DNA from: a virus
Virus record (IMG/VR): IMGVR_UViG_3300049215_000686
Location: 93,132 to 157,131 of that record
Length of the DNA stretch: 64,000 nucleotides
Reading direction: 5' to 3' (one strand)
Part shown: in pieces, positions 29,606 through 38,467 of the stretch
Layout: every line of letters starts with the position of its first letter
How positions within the stretch are numbered: the stretch's first letter is position 1
Notes under the pieces: generated by a model
What the model saw: the letters and a program-made list of their open reading frames with translations, nothing else
What the model was told of the DNA's origin: nothing
The model's database searches: none
Position numbers and translations under genes: made by a program

Positions 29606-29725
29606 TGGGCGCTCCACCGCGAGTTACTTACAAGCAAATTTGGGGTCGTACCCCAGATCCCCGCCAATTTCGGGGATCTTCCTGCGAGGGAAATTGAATG
29701 AAAGTAATCTGCACTTGAGCGCCCA
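29606..29725 (+). ncRNA. Y-RNA-like RNA 4
   Basis: TGGGCGCTC/GAGCGCCCA, CACC/ACTT loop, CTTACAAGC, three internal hairpins. Confidence 0.8.
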
Positions 29726-29746
29726 TATTTTTATGGAGAAACAAAA

Positions 29747-30058
29747 GTGGAAGAAGGAACTTTCGCAGTTATTGACGACAAATATTATGGCCCGGCTCAA
29801 GGCTTTGGCTCTTGGTTTTATTCAAAAGAAAAAGTCCCTTACGGAACCGTCCGCTGTATCCGAGGGATTCTTTTTTACGCTTATTCGATTTACGAAGAAG
29901 ATCTTTGGTGGCTTCGTTCAAGAACTCACTGGATTCCAGTTGACGACAATTTAAATATACCAGAAAATTGGGAACACTTTTGGAATAGAGCCCTGCATGG
30001 AGCGACAACGATCCGGTTATGCTCGACTTTGAAAAACTTGCCAAACCCAGAAAAGTAA
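29747..30058 (+). CDS. hypothetical protein
   Basis: GGAG upstream of GTG; aromatic-rich. Confidence 0.5.
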   Translation: MEEGTFAVIDDKYYGPAQGFGSWFYSKEKVPYGTVRCIRGILFYAYSIYEEDLWWLRSRTHWIPVDDNLNIPENWEHFWNRALHGATTIRLCSTLKNLPNPEK

Positions 30059-30846
30059 TCGTCCCAGTTCGAGATCGTTCTTTTCTCTTTGAAAAAAGAC
30101 GTTTTTCCTTACAAGCAGACGACGGCTGGCATCTCGTTGAAATCGAAAATCGATCCGCTAAGATGATCGAGCAAGTATCTGCCTCAAATCTCGATTATCC
30201 ATCGATCCTGGGATATACCCACAACAATTCGATCATCTTTCAAAATTTTGATGTCGCTAAACGTAAATACGGTTTAGGCCTCAACGCTCCTCTTTATTTC
30301 AACCGATCTTCTACTTTTGAACCGATTAAGGCGATCGTTTGGGAAGATCGACAAGTCTATTGGTGCGCGCCCAATTATGCGGATGCTAAAGCGCTTGAAC
30401 TGAAAGATTTGGCCGAAAACAGCCAAGACATTAATGGCCAAATCGGCATTACTCCGGAACTGAGAACCACTTATCTTTTTCACGCGATTGAGAAAGAAAG
30501 CCTAAGAAAAATTCTCCAAGAAACTAAACAAAAAGAAGAACTCGATCGTTTAATGGCTTCGATTCCCGGAAGGCTTAAAGTCACCTTTGATCGCGTGGGT
30601 GCGGAACTTGTGAATTATTCTTTGAGTGGAGATCGAATTGTTGTTGACTGGAAAATTAAGGGCTCCTATACTGAATACAATTCAATTATTGATTCTCGGA
30701 CGTGGATGGTAGTTGAGGCTGGCTATTGCATGAGCGGAGATGACCGCAGGCATAATGTCACCTCACTCGTAAAAACCGCCCAAGAATACGAAGAAAGACG
30801 AGTGACTTTTATCACTCGAAGAAACGAAGATGATAACTGGGACTAA
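30019..30846 (+). CDS. uncharacterised protein with C-terminal AGYCMSGDD motif
   Basis: 275-aa ORF in the vWA/JAB/ThiF neighbourhood. Confidence 0.7.
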   Translation: MLDFEKLAKPRKVIVPVRDRSFLFEKRRFSLQADDGWHLVEIENRSAKMIEQVSASNLDYPSILGYTHNNSIIFQNFDVAKRKYGLGLNAPLYFNRSSTFEPIKAIVWEDRQVYWCAPNYADAKALELKDLAENSQDINGQIGITPELRTTYLFHAIEKESLRKILQETKQKEELDRLMASIPGRLKVTFDRVGAELVNYSLSGDRIVVDWKIKGSYTEYNSIIDSRTWMVVEAGYCMSGDDRRHNVTSLVKTAQEYEERRVTFITRRNEDDNWD

Positions 30847-30854
30847 GGGGAAAA

Positions 30855-31112
30855 ATGATCAAGACACCACATTTTTTTGCAGTCGTGAAGATGAAGGGTA
30901 GTTCTCAGCCATTAATTATGCGCGCGAAGACCTTGAAAGGACTCCAAAGGAGTGTCCGCGAATTCAATCAAAGCGAAACGGGCAAACGTTGGCCGATTAA
31001 TCGCGTATTAACCGTTTTTCATGCAAATGGTCTTGAACTTTACTTCAACGATGTTGTCGATTTAAGGAAGACTCGCACTTATGGTAAAATTAAAAGATCT
31101 CAATCTGCTTGA
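30855..31112 (+). CDS. hypothetical basic protein
   Basis: 85 aa, purine-rich RBS. Confidence 0.55.
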   Translation: MIKTPHFFAVVKMKGSSQPLIMRAKTLKGLQRSVREFNQSETGKRWPINRVLTVFHANGLELYFNDVVDLRKTRTYGKIKRSQSA

Positions 31113-31665
31113 GATCGGTAACACGATCCAATTAACCGGTGCAATTTATTCGGGAAATGGCAAACACTTTCTTTGCTTTTTCCCGGATGAAAGCCCGGAT
31201 TCCTTACCTTCGGATATCCTTCACATGACACGCGATGAATGGGAAACCTTCATACGCCAGACGGATCTACTTGAAACTGAGATCATCGCCGAGCATCCTG
31301 AAAATAAACAAATGATCAAAGCGGTAATTCGCAAATCTCAACGTCAAATCGATCAAAATATCTCTTGGCAGGTTTATCGAAGGGATGGTTATCGATGCCG
31401 TTATTGCGGGAAAGATGACGTTCCTTTGACCGTCGATCATGTTGTTCTTTGGGAATCAGGCGGACCGTCGATTGAGTCCAACTTGATCTCTGCTTGCAAA
31501 AAATGCAACAGAACAAGAGGGAATACTGAATATTCCGAATGGCTGAAAAGTGATTATTACCGACGTGTTTCTCAAAACCTAGAGGAGCACACACGAGAAG
31601 GCAATCGAGAAGTTGTTCATTCCTTAGCGATGATCCCAAGGGTGGTCCATAAGAGGAATCGCTAA
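31081..31665 (+). CDS. HNH endonuclease (McrA-like)
   Basis: RDGYRCRYCG...TVDHV...GG...NLISACKKCN. Confidence 0.9.
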   Translation: MVKLKDLNLLEIGNTIQLTGAIYSGNGKHFLCFFPDESPDSLPSDILHMTRDEWETFIRQTDLLETEIIAEHPENKQMIKAVIRKSQRQIDQNISWQVYRRDGYRCRYCGKDDVPLTVDHVVLWESGGPSIESNLISACKKCNRTRGNTEYSEWLKSDYYRRVSQNLEEHTREGNREVVHSLAMIPRVVHKRNR

Positions 31666-32132
31666 TGCTTGAATCTTCGATGGTTCAATATGGTGGCAAA
31701 ATTATCTCGGTAAGTAAGGGGAAGCCTGCTTCCGTAGAGTTCGACTTTGAAGCAGTTTGGCGCTTTAAGAAAGTTCTCGGGCACCGATTCGATCCATGCC
31801 TCTTAAGATGGATCCACGTTCATCCTACAGGCTTTGGGATTCTTCCCTCTCCCCAGGATGAACTTTGCGCCGAGGGGCTAGCAGCCGCCTTTAAATCATG
31901 CGAAAATTTTGTAATCCTTCGTTTTTTTAATCCTGGGTTTCAAGATATTTTCGGAGATCTGGCTATTTACCGTTGGGATCTGAAAAAACTGGTTCTTACC
32001 GAGACTTCATCCGTTGAATTCGGATTATTTAAACGATATGCTTATATCTTAAAAACTCTTTCCTATGGTGATTTATGGACATCAGGCTCTATGGACTCGG
32101 AGCGATTGGGAGCAATCTCCTTGTCCAGTTAG
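31665..32132 (+). CDS. JAB/MPN+ metalloprotease-like protein
   Basis: WIHVHP......PSPQD (HxH-x7-S-x2-D). Confidence 0.75.
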   Translation: MLESSMVQYGGKIISVSKGKPASVEFDFEAVWRFKKVLGHRFDPCLLRWIHVHPTGFGILPSPQDELCAEGLAAAFKSCENFVILRFFNPGFQDIFGDLAIYRWDLKKLVLTETSSVEFGLFKRYAYILKTLSYGDLWTSGSMDSERLGAISLSS

Positions 32133-32659
32133 CAAAACAATTCCCCGATGCCAATTTCTACGGTATCGATTTCGATAAAATCGAAGAACGAAACATCCGC
32201 ACTCAAGCATACTTTCTGGAGCACGTGGGTCTCTATAAGGCCGATGCAATGCGAGTTATTTTGGGTCGGTATTTAAGAAAGCCCAAATATACTGCCGTCA
32301 AAACAAAGGTAGAAGGTTCTGTTTATATGGGAGTTCATGGTCCCGAAGGACTGGATGCCCATCTTGGGATTGACTGTTTTGATAATACAAAATCTAGAAA
32401 ACTTTTTCAAAATTCAGGACATGTTTTTCATGTTGGATTTTCCCCAGAATATTCAGCGGAAGGCATCTGGCACAATAAAGATTATGAAGTAGCAAACGAC
32501 GTTGATCCGACAAAAAATGACATTTGTTCAATGACCGATGCCGTTCCTTTTATCCATTTTGTGGTGAATTTAGCGGCGCTCAACATCGCCCGCTGGATTC
32601 AAACTAAAGAAAAACGAGACTTTTTAGTGACCGGCAAGCACAAGGTGAAATGGCTGTGA
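32075..32659 (+). CDS. ThiF/E1-like adenylating enzyme
   Basis: GLGAIGS, DFDKIEERNIRTQ, KA, IDCFDN, candidate catalytic Cys in DIC. Confidence 0.88.
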   Translation: MDIRLYGLGAIGSNLLVQLAKQFPDANFYGIDFDKIEERNIRTQAYFLEHVGLYKADAMRVILGRYLRKPKYTAVKTKVEGSVYMGVHGPEGLDAHLGIDCFDNTKSRKLFQNSGHVFHVGFSPEYSAEGIWHNKDYEVANDVDPTKNDICSMTDAVPFIHFVVNLAALNIARWIQTKEKRDFLVTGKHKVKWL

Positions 32660-32916
32660 TGTCGAATGATTCCGCCCTGGAATCCGACCCTTTTATCAAA
32701 AGGCGATTCAAAGTAGGCGATAGGGTCGTACCTAAAGGTTGGACCCAGGTTATTTTTGAAATTAAGACTGTTCTGGAAGGATTGGCTATGCCTTACGAAC
32801 TCAAACCGCTCTTTACAGGAAAAACCGGAACCCTTCGTGCAAACGAAGAAGAAATGCGTCTTGCTACTTCCGAGGAAATTGCAGCAGCGATAGGAAGGCG
32901 GTTAATCTCCAGTTGA
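32650..32916 (+). CDS. hypothetical SH3/KOW-like protein
   Basis: FKVGDRV motif. Confidence 0.55.
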   Translation: MAVMSNDSALESDPFIKRRFKVGDRVVPKGWTQVIFEIKTVLEGLAMPYELKPLFTGKTGTLRANEEEMRLATSEEIAAAIGRRLISS

Positions 32917-32971
32917 GCCAAATGCGCCTGAACCTCGGCTAGTTTCGGCTAATTTTTCTACCTCCCTGAAC

Positions 32972-34495
32972 TCATTTCTGGGTTAAAAAATACCCTTGTT
33001 CCCAAGTCTGCCATGGAAAATACTTTGGAAGTTTTCCAAGTTCCGAAGCCTGGATTTTTGAATATTGAGCATATTGTCTCAAAAGTGCTTGTTGCTGAAG
33101 CGTCTTTCTCACGGCTGGATCAGGACAAAATGCAGCATACTGCGTCACATAGAGTGGAGTGCTGTTCCCTCCTGGAGCGAGGAACATTGAAGTCTGAGGT
33201 GTCGAAGGCACAAGGTAATAAGGAACAATGAGGTTGTAATTGGCACCTTGGGGATCGTAGAACGGATAACCCACATAAGATAGCCATGCTTTATCAATGG
33301 TTAAACTCTGCTGAGCCAATGCAGGCTGATTTAAAACCCTTGCTGCGACATTCAGAGCATGAGTCAGCATCATGTCTTGGTAAAGGCCTACGCCGTTGAA
33401 ATGCTTAATGGTGTAAGAATTCGTATTATAGACCATCGGAGTCGTCGCACCAGGAGCGTAATAATTGGCGTTTTGCGGGAATAAAATCCTCAGATCTTGT
33501 CCGGCAGGAAGACCAGTGACACTCATTCCGTCACCCTGGTAAAAGTACATGGTGGTAAAGCCATTAACGACCTTTGCTCCCGAGAGCCCTGCCAAAAACT
33601 CTTGGATCTTAGGCATCACATCAGCCGCTCGGATACCGATTTTTTCCATATAATATGTAAGCCCCATCAGACAGCGGGCGGTGACGCGAGTCTCTGTAAA
33701 TGGGTTGCCTTTAATCTTTTGCTCAATGAAATCGATGATTCGATTAATTGCATCGAGTGTCGGCTGATCCTGATGGTCGACATACCAATCCACCAAGCCC
33801 ATGAGATAGACATGCTCGGGCTCGATTACATTGTTTCCGCCTGCTTGCCAGTTGGAATAGGTGTTCACCATGAAATTCCACCAACTTTGCGCTTGCTGCA
33901 TGAAGGGTGCGTATCCGGTTCGCTTATACAGACGGTAGTAATTTCGAAGATTGTCAGATTCGGTGCCCCAAAGCACGTTCGTTGTCGTTGGATCGACCGG
34001 TTGATACACGAATTTCGTATAACTATTACGAAGATCCGTAAGCGTTACATTGAACCCCAAAGAGTTGATCCAGGCCACTTCGTCCGTTTCGCTCATCCAA
34101 GAATTGCTCGCGGGATATGTGAGGGTTACCGGAATGGGTGATGAAGAAGGACTAGGTGAGGGAATGGGACTTGGGCTTATTGAGGGACTTGGCGAAGGAG
34201 AGGCCGAAGGCACCGGAGAAGGCATTACTGATGGCGAAGGAGACGGCTTAGGGCTAGGTGAAGGTGAAGGAGTGGCCGTAGGTGATGGACTTGGAGTCGG
34301 GCTTACGCTGGGCGAAGCAGAGGGGCTAGGAGAGGGTTTGGGTGATGGTATTGGAGAAGGTGTGGGTGACGGCGTAGGTGAAGGAGAAACACTCGGACAA
34401 GGCGAGGGCTTCGGTTTTGATGGTCCAAAAGTCTCTCCTGTATTGGGCGCACATGCGATCAGAATGGCTAAAAACGTTAAAACGTATTTTTTCAT
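32972..34495 (-). CDS. lipoprotein with Pro/Ser linker and globular domain
   Basis: MKKYVLTFLAILIA-C lipobox; about 95-aa (PS/PT)n tract. Confidence 0.75.
   Translation of the reverse strand: MKKYVLTFLAILIACAPNTGETFGPSKPKPSPCPSVSPSPTPSPTPSPIPSPKPSPSPSASPSVSPTPSPSPTATPSPSPSPKPSPSPSVMPSPVPSASPSPSPSISPSPIPSPSPSSSPIPVTLTYPASNSWMSETDEVAWINSLGFNVTLTDLRNSYTKFVYQPVDPTTTNVLWGTESDNLRNYYRLYKRTGYAPFMQQAQSWWNFMVNTYSNWQAGGNNVIEPEHVYLMGLVDWYVDHQDQPTLDAINRIIDFIEQKIKGNPFTETRVTARCLMGLTYYMEKIGIRAADVMPKIQEFLAGLSGAKVVNGFTTMYFYQGDGMSVTGLPAGQDLRILFPQNANYYAPGATTPMVYNTNSYTIKHFNGVGLYQDMMLTHALNVAARVLNQPALAQQSLTIDKAWLSYVGYPFYDPQGANYNLIVPYYLVPSTPQTSMFLAPGGNSTPLYVTQYAAFCPDPAVRKTLQQQALLRQYAQYSKIQASELGKLPKYFPWQTWEQGYFLTQK
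34130..34425 (-). repeat. (Pro-Ser/Thr)n low-complexity coding repeat
   Basis: PSPSPTPSP... encoded by varied synonymous codons. Confidence 0.9.
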
Positions 34496-34589
34496 AAATT
34501 TATCCTACGGTCATTGATTCTTTTCAGAGAAGATGTTCTCATTAAAATTATACAGTTTCGTATGATTGTCTTATGAGGGCGCTTTTTTC

Positions 34590-35351
34590 ATGAAGAAGAT
34601 TGCAGCGATTGGTGATGTCCACGCGTGTATTGAAGAATTCGAACAACTTTTAAAACGCCTCGAATGGCTTTCTTTGGATGCGGTGTATCATCTTGGGGAT
34701 TTAGTTGATCGTGGGCCGGACTCCGGCGCCGTTATCGCGATGTGTCGAGAAAAGGGCATCCGAGGAATTTTAGGCAATCACGAAGAAAGCATTCTCAAAC
34801 ACTACAAACGAGTGAGTGAGGGCGGAGAACCTCCGCAAAATGAGGATAAAAAAAGAACGCTTTCACAACTTACGCTCGAAGATATTTCTTATCTCAAAAA
34901 TCTCCCGCTTCTTGAGAGTTTTCCGGATCTCAACACAGTCTTAGTTCATGGTGGGGTTTGGCCGGGTCTTACCTTTGAGAAACAACCCAAGAACGTCGTC
35001 CGCGCTCAAATGATCAATTTTAAAAAGATCGGAGATACGCGTTGGTGGGGAAAAGACGCTCCGCTTCATAAGTCAGGAAGAACTGAAGATCAGAACCGAG
35101 AAGACGGATATGTCCGTTGGTACGAAATTTACGATCGGCCTGAACAGGTCTTTTACGGGCATTCTGTTTTTACTCAACCGTTTATTTATCAGCGAGAAGG
35201 TTTCGGAAAGACAATCGGGATTGATACAGGATCTTGTTTCGGCGGAGCCTTGACCGCAGCCATCATCGACGACGGCGAGCCCTGGTTCGTATCGGTTAAA
35301 GCGAAAAAGGTATGGTTTGAAAAAAGTTACAGAGTTCATCAAGAAGATTAA
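34590..35351 (+). CDS. metallophosphoesterase (ApaH/PPP-like)
   Basis: GDVH, GDLVDRG, GNHE, VHGG, YGH, DTG. Confidence 0.92.
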   Translation: MKKIAAIGDVHACIEEFEQLLKRLEWLSLDAVYHLGDLVDRGPDSGAVIAMCREKGIRGILGNHEESILKHYKRVSEGGEPPQNEDKKRTLSQLTLEDISYLKNLPLLESFPDLNTVLVHGGVWPGLTFEKQPKNVVRAQMINFKKIGDTRWWGKDAPLHKSGRTEDQNREDGYVRWYEIYDRPEQVFYGHSVFTQPFIYQREGFGKTIGIDTGSCFGGALTAAIIDDGEPWFVSVKAKKVWFEKSYRVHQED

Positions 35352-35363
35352 AAAGGAGAAATT

Positions 35364-35426
35364 ATGGAAAAGAAAATTACAGTAAATCGGTTACTCGCGA
35401 TGGAAAAGAGCCTTCGTGAGAGGCTG
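35364..35426 (+). pseudogene. 5' stub of a phage gene cut by insert 2
   Basis: AAGGAG RBS, MEKKITVNRLLAMEKSLRERL, then switches into IrrE-like sequence in another frame. Confidence 0.6.
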
Positions 35427-35616
35427 GCGCGAAATCGAGGCAAACCATTTTGCCGCGTGTTTACTGATGCCAAAGAAAGAGTTGATGCACGAACTTATTT
35501 CTCTTTCACGCGAGGGAAGCATTAACGAAAACGCTATTGAAAACTTAGCTAAGCGATTTGACGTTTCGGTTCAAGCAATGTCGGTACGGTTGGCTGTTTT
35601 AGGAGTAAGTTTGTGA
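35425..35616 (+). pseudogene. ImmA/IrrE (DUF955) peptidase, C-terminal fragment
   Basis: EIEANHFAACLLMP...LAKRFDVSVQAM..RL; HExxH absent. Confidence 0.8.
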
Positions 35617-36881
35617 ACATCATTACAGAGCCAACAACAAGTAGCTTTTTCATGCCCCTGTCTAAATTGCCCTTGGACTGTGACTCTATATCTCAGGGGC
35701 ATCTCAATATTGAAGACAGGAAGCGAACTAACTTATTTCCTTGGAACGGACAGTTTTCGCCTCAGTTAATTGAAGTCCTAATGCAGGAATACGGAAAAAA
35801 AGGACACATGGTTCTCGACCCATTCATGGGAAGCGGAACTGTGCTTCACGAAGCTGGAAGGGCTGGGTTTGCTGCATTTGGATCGGAAATCAATCCTGCC
35901 GCGTTTAAATTTGCCAGAACATATAGTCTCATCAACGTGGCGCAAGCGCGGAGAAAGCGACTGCTTCAAGAGGTCGAAACCGCGCTCGAAGACTTTTTGG
36001 ATGATCTGCCTTTATTCGTAACAAGTAAGAAATCAGCTAAAGCCGAGTCTAGCTTGAGCGACCAGCTATTAGCTCGCTACACATCCTTTCCTAGTGGGCA
36101 GAGTAAGGATTTGTTTGAAAGTTTCTTGCTGCTTTTAGATTTCCGAACAAAACGAGTAGATTCGAGTCGTCTAAATTCCATTTGGGAACGGTTCAAGAGA
36201 ACTATCTTAGAACTCCCGAACACGGATGCCCCTATTAAAGCCGCTAACTGCGATGCGAGGGATTTGGACCTTGAGCGTAACCAGGTTGATCTGGTCGTTA
36301 CCTCGCCCCCTTACATAAACGTCTTCAATTATCATCAGCAACTTCGCCCATCCGTTGAGGCGATGGGCTGGAATCTTCTCGAAGTCGCACGCTCCGAAAT
36401 TGGTTCAAATCGTAAGCATCGTGGAAATCGTCTTCTGACGGTGACTCAATACATCCTCGACATGACTCAAGTGCTACGGGAAGTCTGCCGTGTTTGTAAG
36501 CCTGATGCTCGTATTATTTATGTGGTTGGGCGAGAGTCCAATGTAAGAAAGACAAAATTCTACAATGGAGAAATCGTTGCCAATTTAGCTACGTCGCTCG
36601 GACTCACTTTAGAGCGACGACAGGAGCGTGTTTTCAAAAACCGTTTCGGTGCAATGATCGTAGAAGACATCCTGCATTTTATAAAACCACCAAAGCAGAC
36701 TTCGGAATCATTGGAATTGCCCAGGAAAATAGCCAAACACGTCCTTGAAACTGCGAGGAAGTCTGCTCCCCAAGATTGTATCGCCGATTTCAATTCTGCA
36801 ATCGAACTCGTGGGACAGACCGAGCCTTCCCCTCTATACGTACCTACGAGCAAGCGGGTCTTTGCAGGAACAAACAAATGA
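35613..36881 (+). CDS. DNA methyltransferase, probably N4-cytosine
   Basis: VLDPFMGSGT (motif I) before VVTSPPY (motif IV). Confidence 0.9.
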   Translation: MNIITEPTTSSFFMPLSKLPLDCDSISQGHLNIEDRKRTNLFPWNGQFSPQLIEVLMQEYGKKGHMVLDPFMGSGTVLHEAGRAGFAAFGSEINPAAFKFARTYSLINVAQARRKRLLQEVETALEDFLDDLPLFVTSKKSAKAESSLSDQLLARYTSFPSGQSKDLFESFLLLLDFRTKRVDSSRLNSIWERFKRTILELPNTDAPIKAANCDARDLDLERNQVDLVVTSPPYINVFNYHQQLRPSVEAMGWNLLEVARSEIGSNRKHRGNRLLTVTQYILDMTQVLREVCRVCKPDARIIYVVGRESNVRKTKFYNGEIVANLATSLGLTLERRQERVFKNRFGAMIVEDILHFIKPPKQTSESLELPRKIAKHVLETARKSAPQDCIADFNSAIELVGQTEPSPLYVPTSKRVFAGTNK

Positions 36882-37456
36882 GCACAAATCCTACTCCGCA
36901 CTTTGAAAAGTTAACCGCCGCACTTCAAAACGAAAAACTGCCTGCGCGAGACAAACCGCGAATCGAGGCTACTATTGAGCGTTATCATGCGTGGCTTAAA
37001 AAATTAGATGAAGCCTACAAAGAAGGAGACTCATCGAAAGTCCTTGCGAAGCTGGTAGCATTGCTGAATGAGTACAAGCTGCATGTTGATGTTGAACTGA
37101 TTTTTGATAGCGAAGATGACTTCTTGTACCGCCAAAAAGGACAATTCAAGCTAGATATGGAACAAAACATTTTTCATCGTCAGGCCAATCTCGTTAAAGT
37201 CACTCGCTTACAAAAAGGACCAGGCGATATCGGGCCGCGAGAGCAATTTGTGGGCTATTTAGTGGACGAAGCCGGGCACAATATTGAAACCCCGGAAATC
37301 GGAACGCCCATTTATCTATCCGGCGATGAAACCGATCTTCCGTGGCTTTTTGCGAGCGACCCAATATTCAGGCTTGAAGTCTACCCGACGCACTGGGTCG
37401 CTCTTACAGAACAAGGAAACATTTATGAGATCACGAACGAACGAATCGTTCAGTGA
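36878..37456 (+). CDS. chimeric ORF: Bpu10I-family REase N-terminus (36878-37156) fused in frame to a phage ORF (ATG 37157)
   Basis: TPHFEKL...N.KLP..DK...DFLYRQKGQFKLD, then an abrupt switch to MEQNIFH. Confidence 0.7.
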   Translation: MSTNPTPHFEKLTAALQNEKLPARDKPRIEATIERYHAWLKKLDEAYKEGDSSKVLAKLVALLNEYKLHVDVELIFDSEDDFLYRQKGQFKLDMEQNIFHRQANLVKVTRLQKGPGDIGPREQFVGYLVDEAGHNIETPEIGTPIYLSGDETDLPWLFASDPIFRLEVYPTHWVALTEQGNIYEITNERIVQ

Positions 37457-37809
37457 AGAATGAATTCAGGTGGACACGACTGAAGGCCGTAAATGACATT
37501 TCCAATCTGATTAAGTTGCCAATCAACATCCAGTGTCCCAATACTGCCGCGAACGTGAGAGTTTCTCTTTACGACGAGTTGAACTCTTTCTCCCTTAATA
37601 TCGCCAAAGATCGAGCCCATATCGCGCTTGAAATGAACTTCTTCTAAGCCGATATAGCCATCGACTGAAGCCTTATTAATTTCCAAATAAACAGGCCCCC
37701 GAGCCGCGCAATACGGCAAAATATGGACATTACTGATATCGGCCTGAGCAATACCTAAAAACAAAGAAATACCAAAAATACTGACTGCAAATTTATTGAG
37801 AGATCGCAT
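37450..37809 (-). CDS. secreted protein
   Basis: GGAGG RBS; signal peptide MRSLNKFAVSIFGISLFLGIAQA. Confidence 0.7.
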   Translation of the reverse strand: MRSLNKFAVSIFGISLFLGIAQADISNVHILPYCAARGPVYLEINKASVDGYIGLEEVHFKRDMGSIFGDIKGERVQLVVKRNSHVRGSIGTLDVDWQLNQIGNVIYGLQSCPPEFILH

Positions 37810-38083
37810 GATTCTCCTCCTGAGGTTTAATCGTTTCCGAGGCTTGGTATTCAAGCCCCGGCGCTTCGGTAAAACTAATGCGACGTTCAATGTCGCTCCG
37901 AAGGACTCGGGGATCATGGTAAAAATAAAGGCCCGGTGCCGCCTCAATCGTGATGACTTCACCAGGATTCACGCGTTCTCGGATGGCGAGTTTCATTCGC
38001 GCGGACAATAAATCAAGTTGTTCCGGGCTGAATTCAAAAAAGCGCCCTACGATCACGTCGTTTTTTTCATTTGCTTTTCGCAT
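37793..38083 (-). CDS. hypothetical protein
   Basis: GAGGGG RBS; upstream TATAAT. Confidence 0.6.
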   Translation of the reverse strand: MRKANEKNDVIVGRFFEFSPEQLDLLSARMKLAIRERVNPGEVITIEAAPGLYFYHDPRVLRSDIERRISFTEAPGLEYQASETIKPQEENHAISQ

Positions 38084-38167
38084 GATCCCCTCGTGTAAAA
38101 TACCAAAACAAAAATATTGGCTGTGAGGGGATTATAGCGGACGGCTTTCCAAAGTGTCAATTCGTTT

Positions 38168-38392
38168 TCAGGAGGCTTGTTCAAAAACGTCAACGCCCAA
38201 GTTTTTCTCGATCTTTGAGACAAGTTTTGAAACTACTTTTTTGATCAAAACTTGCGACAAAGGATCAAGATTTTCTGGGGATTGCTCGATGACTTCCATC
38301 AATAAACAGAGCCCTTGGAAATACTTCCGATCCTGGTCCGAGTTTAAGAGGTGAATCGCAGTTTCAATCTTTTTTTCAACACCATTTTTCAT
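38168..38392 (-). CDS. hypothetical protein
   Basis: 74 aa; TATTAT-6 nt-ATG. Confidence 0.55.
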   Translation of the reverse strand: MKNGVEKKIETAIHLLNSDQDRKYFQGLCLLMEVIEQSPENLDPLSQVLIKKVVSKLVSKIEKNLGVDVFEQAS

Positions 38393-38467
38393 ACCTCAAT
38401 AATAACGCTGCGGGTAAAATGGCGCAATGTGTCTATTATGACGCAGAGCGTATGTATTTTAAGAAGG

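Larger units (their letters stand above)
35425..37156 (+). other. foreign segment 2: restriction-modification locus fragment
   Basis: 3' end of an ImmA/IrrE-like gene, a complete MTase, and the 5' end of an REase. Confidence 0.75.

Noticed and set aside
29152-29725. CRISPR array (recurring CTTACAAGC)
   Set aside because: Only 9 nt are identical, spacing is irregular, each unit folds end-to-end, and no cas genes are present.
29469-29954. 161-aa ORF
   Set aside because: Overlaps two structured RNAs and a better-supported ORF; no recognisable motifs.
34050-34517. Gly/Glu-repeat (collagen-like) ORF on +
   Set aside because: Antisense shadow of the Pro/Ser linker.
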